Shown: positions 60,115-64,000 of the stretch, one piece after another | Layout: every line of letters begins with the position of its first letter | Numbering within the stretch: position 1 is the first letter of the stretch | From: Cyclobacteriaceae bacterium | GTDB taxonomy: Bacteria > Bacteroidota > Bacteroidia > Cytophagales > Cyclobacteriaceae | Assembly (NCBI GenBank): GCA_965242805.1 | Contig: CBDETD010000002.1 | Location: 413,156-477,155 of the forward strand | DNA length: 64,000 nucleotides | Reading direction: 5' to 3' | Notes under the pieces: model-generated | The model's database searches: none | Told to the model about the DNA's origin: nothing | Seen by the model: the letters and a program-made list of their open reading frames with translations, nothing else | Translations under genes and position numbers: made by a program

Positions 60115-63015
60115 TCATTCTTTGACCACCTTAAAACGACGATTTCTGAAATAGAAGAAAGCAACGATCGCAACCAGGATCAATCCATATACTTTCCAAT
60201 CCAATGAAACCGATTTAATATAGGGTGAAGTGTCTCCAATACAAATTAAAGCAGCCCAAAAGTACGGATGCGCCATTACCTGATCTTCCCGAGTGATCCC
60301 GGATAAAAAGTTGACTTTCGCATTTCGCAAAGCTTCATCCTTGGACAATCCTGTTTCAAGTCCTTGGTAAAAGTCAATAATAATCTTGTTGTTTGCTTGT
60401 TCCCGTACACTCCATAAACTCGTTATTACTGAGGAAGAACCGGCATACACAAAGCCACGAGCAAGACTAATTACTCCTTCTCCTCTATTAATGGGACCAG
60501 TACCAGTCTGGCATGCACTTAATACGGTCATATTTGCATTAAGATCAATGGCATACAGGTCGTTAACAAATAATTGGCTACTCTTTTCGTCTCCCAACAA
60601 GATGTAGGAAAGGTTTCCATTTTCGTGGTTGGCCTCGGCATGAGTTGCAAGATGAATAATATCATAACCCTTTGCTTCCTTATGTAGAAGGTCGACAGAT
60701 ACATTTTCATCCAGGATCCTCCTCTGACCAAATAGATCTCCAACTTGGTAAACTTCATCTTGATTCCATTCCAGACCCTGAAAATAACTGTCTCCGATCG
60801 TGAAGCCACTTTCAAAATGTGGAGATATACCTAAAAATGAATTTCCTTTTGTGGTTTGACTTCTACCAGATTCAAATAGCGTAGTTGCAGAAAATGCGTA
60901 GCTGATCTGGTGATCGAAGAGCAGATAATCCTTAAAATCCGGAAAATAAATTCGTTCGGAGGAAGGCATCTTCGTTATCAAAGCATCGAATGATATTGTA
61001 CCTAGAACATCATCCGGAACTATTGTAATTTTAGTTGGTATATCTATGGCAGATTTGATGGGTTCAATAAGCGTTTGATACATTGCATAGGCGTTCTCCA
61101 TAAAGGATTGATCCTGGGCCAGTATGTCCTTCGAAAAAGTCCTACCCCATTCTTCCTTGTCAAAGTTGATCCTACTTTTTGTAAACAGGATGGTATCCTG
61201 TGTGATTACAAAACAGAATATCGAACTATCGCCCATAAAGTATTCAATAAAGCCCTGATCAGGATCTTGAGAAGATTGAACCTGCTTCGGTGATACCGTA
61301 GATCTTCCAAAAATTGATTGATAGTATTCGGGATGGTTGTCCCTTATCTCCTCGACTATTGCATCCCTCTTCCTCCGATAGAGCAATAACGAATCCAGGT
61401 AGTTTATGTCGGCATTGCCTTTACCCTTTGTTAGCGCTACTTGTTTCTCGTAGTAATTGACTTTTAAGTTATTCTCCTTCTCTGAAGTGATCAATTTAGG
61501 CTCTACCCTACTCTTTGCTTTGGTTCTTCTGACTGCGTCCTGAAGTATTATGGATTTACTTTTCTCAGCGAACTCAAAGGCTACGGATAAAACAGAATCA
61601 GTAGGTTGGATCTGGTAAAGTTCCCAGCAAGCCTCTAATGCCTTCTCGTAAATAGGTTTGGCCCGATCTACAAGGTTCACTTTGGATGCATCAGCAATAT
61701 ATTCCGATCGCATTAAGGTAATCACCTGGTCAGCCACTTTGAAGTGTTGGTAGGCGCTTTTCAAATACTCAACCCCCTCTCCCAAATGGTACAGATAGAG
61801 TAAGGTCGTCGCCTTGGATTGGAGAGAGATCAATGTTGTAACCTTATCTCTGAGCACTTTGGAATCCAAAATGGGAACACTTGAAACGGATTTTGAATCA
61901 AAGTCTGGTATTAGTTCTTCCAGGGCCAAATTGTCCAGATTTAAACTCGATACGTAATTCCCCAACTCAAACTCAACATCTCCAATATTGTCATAATAAA
62001 AAGGGAGTTTGCTTTGATCATTGAGTTCCAGGAAAGCCTGCTTACCTTCCTTGAAATAAAAAGAGGAACTATCTAGCAGACCTTTCCTTTTGAAGGCAAC
62101 ACCTAGGTCAAAACAACTTAAACCATAATTACGAATGTCATGACCTTTATAGAATGACAGGGATGAATGTAAAATACTAATTGATGAGTCAAGTTCCCCA
62201 TCCAATAGATATGTTATTCCAAGATTTCTGTTGGCATTTGCCAGTAGGATTTGGGATCGTCTTGTCTTGAAAGTTCCTAACTCTGCAATGCAGAAGAGTA
62301 AGTCACTTCTCGCCTCCGTTGTCAGATTCATAACATAAGCTTTGATGAATGCACCCTCAATTAACGCCCTGATCTTAAAGACCTTCATTGTATTTGAAGG
62401 TTCTGCCAATTGATCAACATAATTGACAATATTGCTGTAATATTTCAGTGCGTTTTCATAGTCCCCAATTTCCCGTAGGCTCCTTGCCGTTGCAGTCAAA
62501 ATTGTAGTTGTAAATCTTCCAAGAGTGTTCACAAGATCATATCGCTCCAGCAACTCCATTGCCTTATTCAATGACTCCAACGCCCGATAGGGTCGATTAA
62601 GTATCACATTTCTCGATCCAATGTTGTTATATCCTCTTATGTTGTCTTGGATCAACTTCAGATCTGCCGTATCAAGTAAAAGTTGATCCCTGATCGAAAT
62701 CGCCCTTTGATAGTAGCTTATTGCTTCTTCATGGCCATTTATTTCTGGTGTAAAACCTACTTTAGAAAATGCCATACCGATATTGTGTGTTATAAAAGCA
62801 GTAGATATCGAAATTTCGCCAAATTCACGCTCCGCGATGGATTTTAAAGAATCCAATTGGACTATCTTCTCATCCCATGTTATTGAATTGATTCTGAATA
62901 GGGAATCAATTAAACTTCTGGTCCTGTCAAGATGGTCAGTTTCATTAAGCTGAGAAGCGGAATGAAATGGGATAATAAATATCCCAAATAAGGTTAAAGT
63001 TCTGAATAACCTCAT
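60115..63015 (-). CDS. TPR-repeat plus CHAT-domain (caspase-like protease) protein with a signal peptide and C-terminal TM anchor
   Basis: The 966-aa protein has an N-terminal signal and about 450 aa of TPR-like repeats. The CHAT domain carries the His motif DIIHLATHA and the Cys motif MTVLSACQTG, followed by GFVYAGSSSVITSLW. The final TM is VYGLILVAIVAFFYF. Confidence 0.85.
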   Translation of the reverse strand: MRLFRTLTLFGIFIIPFHSASQLNETDHLDRTRSLIDSLFRINSITWDEKIVQLDSLKSIAEREFGEISISTAFITHNIGMAFSKVGFTPEINGHEEAISYYQRAISIRDQLLLDTADLKLIQDNIRGYNNIGSRNVILNRPYRALESLNKAMELLERYDLVNTLGRFTTTILTATARSLREIGDYENALKYYSNIVNYVDQLAEPSNTMKVFKIRALIEGAFIKAYVMNLTTEARSDLLFCIAELGTFKTRRSQILLANANRNLGITYLLDGELDSSISILHSSLSFYKGHDIRNYGLSCFDLGVAFKRKGLLDSSSFYFKEGKQAFLELNDQSKLPFYYDNIGDVEFELGNYVSSLNLDNLALEELIPDFDSKSVSSVPILDSKVLRDKVTTLISLQSKATTLLYLYHLGEGVEYLKSAYQHFKVADQVITLMRSEYIADASKVNLVDRAKPIYEKALEACWELYQIQPTDSVLSVAFEFAEKSKSIILQDAVRRTKAKSRVEPKLITSEKENNLKVNYYEKQVALTKGKGNADINYLDSLLLYRRKRDAIVEEIRDNHPEYYQSIFGRSTVSPKQVQSSQDPDQGFIEYFMGDSSIFCFVITQDTILFTKSRINFDKEEWGRTFSKDILAQDQSFMENAYAMYQTLIEPIKSAIDIPTKITIVPDDVLGTISFDALITKMPSSERIYFPDFKDYLLFDHQISYAFSATTLFESGRSQTTKGNSFLGISPHFESGFTIGDSYFQGLEWNQDEVYQVGDLFGQRRILDENVSVDLLHKEAKGYDIIHLATHAEANHENGNLSYILLGDEKSSQLFVNDLYAIDLNANMTVLSACQTGTGPINRGEGVISLARGFVYAGSSSVITSLWSVREQANNKIIIDFYQGLETGLSKDEALRNAKVNFLSGITREDQVMAHPYFWAALICIGDTSPYIKSVSLDWKVYGLILVAIVAFFYFRNRRFKVVKE

Positions 63016-63026
63016 TTAGATTCATT

Positions 63027-64000
63027 CTAATTGTTCGGCGTACAGCTGGAAGTAACATCCAGTTTGCCCTCACTAATGATAGGAGCTCCTATATCTATTG
63101 CATTCTCCACAATGCATTCGATTATTTGTTGACTAGTAAGACTGGTGCTTGATTTGAGTTCTGCTGCCCTGGCCACTACCAATGGTGTTGCATAAGAAGT
63201 TCCATAAAACTCAGGATATGTACCTACAGCCGCCACTCCAACCGTATTAGGACCAAAGTTAGAGTAATTTGCAAGGGCATTCGATGTTGTCTTGTCAATC
63301 GCTGCAACAGAGATGACATTGGTCATTGTGACCTGAAATTGTGAAGGATATTGAGGGCAGCAATCATTGTTCAAAGAATCGTTCCCCGCGGCAGCGGCTA
63401 ATAGGATATCATTCTCAAAAGCTTTGTCCAGAATCAGTTTTAGAGCAATTTCCGAAGGTCCGATTTCTTTATTCTTTGTTTGATACCCCCAGCTTGCATT
63501 GATGATACTGGCTTTGTTTTTTATGGCATAATCAATTGCACACAAGCCATTTGAAAACTTCCCTTCTCCGTTTTCATCAAATATCCTTAAATCCATGAAT
63601 CGGGGTGTAACACCACTGATGTTGTTAGCGATCAGTAGACTAACCTCCGTACCATGAGAATCCAACTTCCTTGCTTCCTGCGAGGGGCCGTAAACAAAAT
63701 CGAATCCAAAAAAATCATCGACATAGCAATTTCCATCATCATCATTCTCATTGAATAGATCATCCACGTTTAGCAATTCTCCTGCGTTGTGCCACATCAA
63801 GTCACTAAGAGCACTATTGTCTGAATCTATTCCACCATCTATTACAGCTATTACAATTTCTGATGATTCATCCGTTGGTTTTGCTTCCAGAACATTAATA
63901 GAATCAAAAACGATTTCGTTAGTCAAATCTACATTTACATAAAAATTCAGGAACGCCTGGTTGCCCTCACCTAAATCATCCAGGTCATCCTCCACTGCAC
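63027..64000 (-). CDS. S8-family (subtilisin-like) serine peptidase, C-terminal part (gene continues beyond the right edge)
   Basis: The catalytic triad motifs are VIDGGID (Asp), DSHGTEVS (His) and GTSYATPLV (Ser). The GTG at 63993-63995 used by the track is probably not the true start, because the frame stays open to the window end. Confidence 0.85.
   Translation of the reverse strand, partial: AVEDDLDDLGEGNQAFLNFYVNVDLTNEIVFDSINVLEAKPTDESSEIVIAVIDGGIDSDNSALSDLMWHNAGELLNVDDLFNENDDDGNCYVDDFFGFDFVYGPSQEARKLDSHGTEVSLLIANNISGVTPRFMDLRIFDENGEGKFSNGLCAIDYAIKNKASIINASWGYQTKNKEIGPSEIALKLILDKAFENDILLAAAAGNDSLNNDCCPQYPSQFQVTMTNVISVAAIDKTTSNALANYSNFGPNTVGVAAVGTYPEFYGTSYATPLVVARAAELKSSTSLTSQQIIECIVENAIDIGAPIISEGKLDVTSSCTPNN

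Overview
This window looks like chromosomal DNA from a Bacteroidota bacterium. It has one SusC/SusD pair, two proteins ending in type-A T9SS C-terminal sorting domains, a PadR plus FtsX-permease pair, many lipoprotein signals, and TAnnTTTG-type promoter boxes. I count about 50 credible CDSs, one IS110-family insertion sequence and one frameshifted gene. I saw no rRNA, tRNA or CRISPR array. The blocks are as follows. (1) 1.9-18.8 kb is an 11-gene co-directional, ribose-centred (rus-like) PUL. It holds a LacI regulator, an SGBP-like lipoprotein, SusC, SusD, two ADP-ribosylglycohydrolase-fold proteins, a nucleoside hydrolase, a sugar transporter, ribokinase and two paralogous beta-helix proteins. 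A shared 16-nt operator-like palindrome sits before the regulator gene and before the first PUL gene. (2) 18.8-28.6 kb holds mixed genes, including a homopolymer-frameshifted hydrolase and a translationally coupled pair of paralogs, only one of which has a signal peptide, next to an HxlR regulator. (3) 28.6-30.9 kb holds an IS110-family transposase with a structured 5' non-coding flank (candidate bridge RNA). It is followed by about 0.9 kb more ORF-free, hairpin-rich DNA that contains a repeated motif. (4) 31-47 kb holds an S41-like peptidase, a 1449-aa Kelch/FN3/cadherin/YWTD T9SS adhesin, REC-PAS, GH18, PadR-FtsX and an S9 peptidase. (5) 47.9-51.2 kb is a coupled operon of an SsuD-like monooxygenase, an SSS transporter and a HEAT-like protein. 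(6) 52.5-56.1 kb is a HExxH / PD40 / Omp85-like fusion gene bracketed by two inverted copies of an intergenic repeat element. (7) 58-64 kb holds ECF sigma and anti-sigma genes convergent with an S8 peptidase and TPR-CHAT operon. The best candidates for undescribed biology are the ARH-based PUL, the ORF-free region beside the IS110, and the repeat-bracketed Omp85-like fusion. All calls come from motif recognition by eye, with no database search or folding program.
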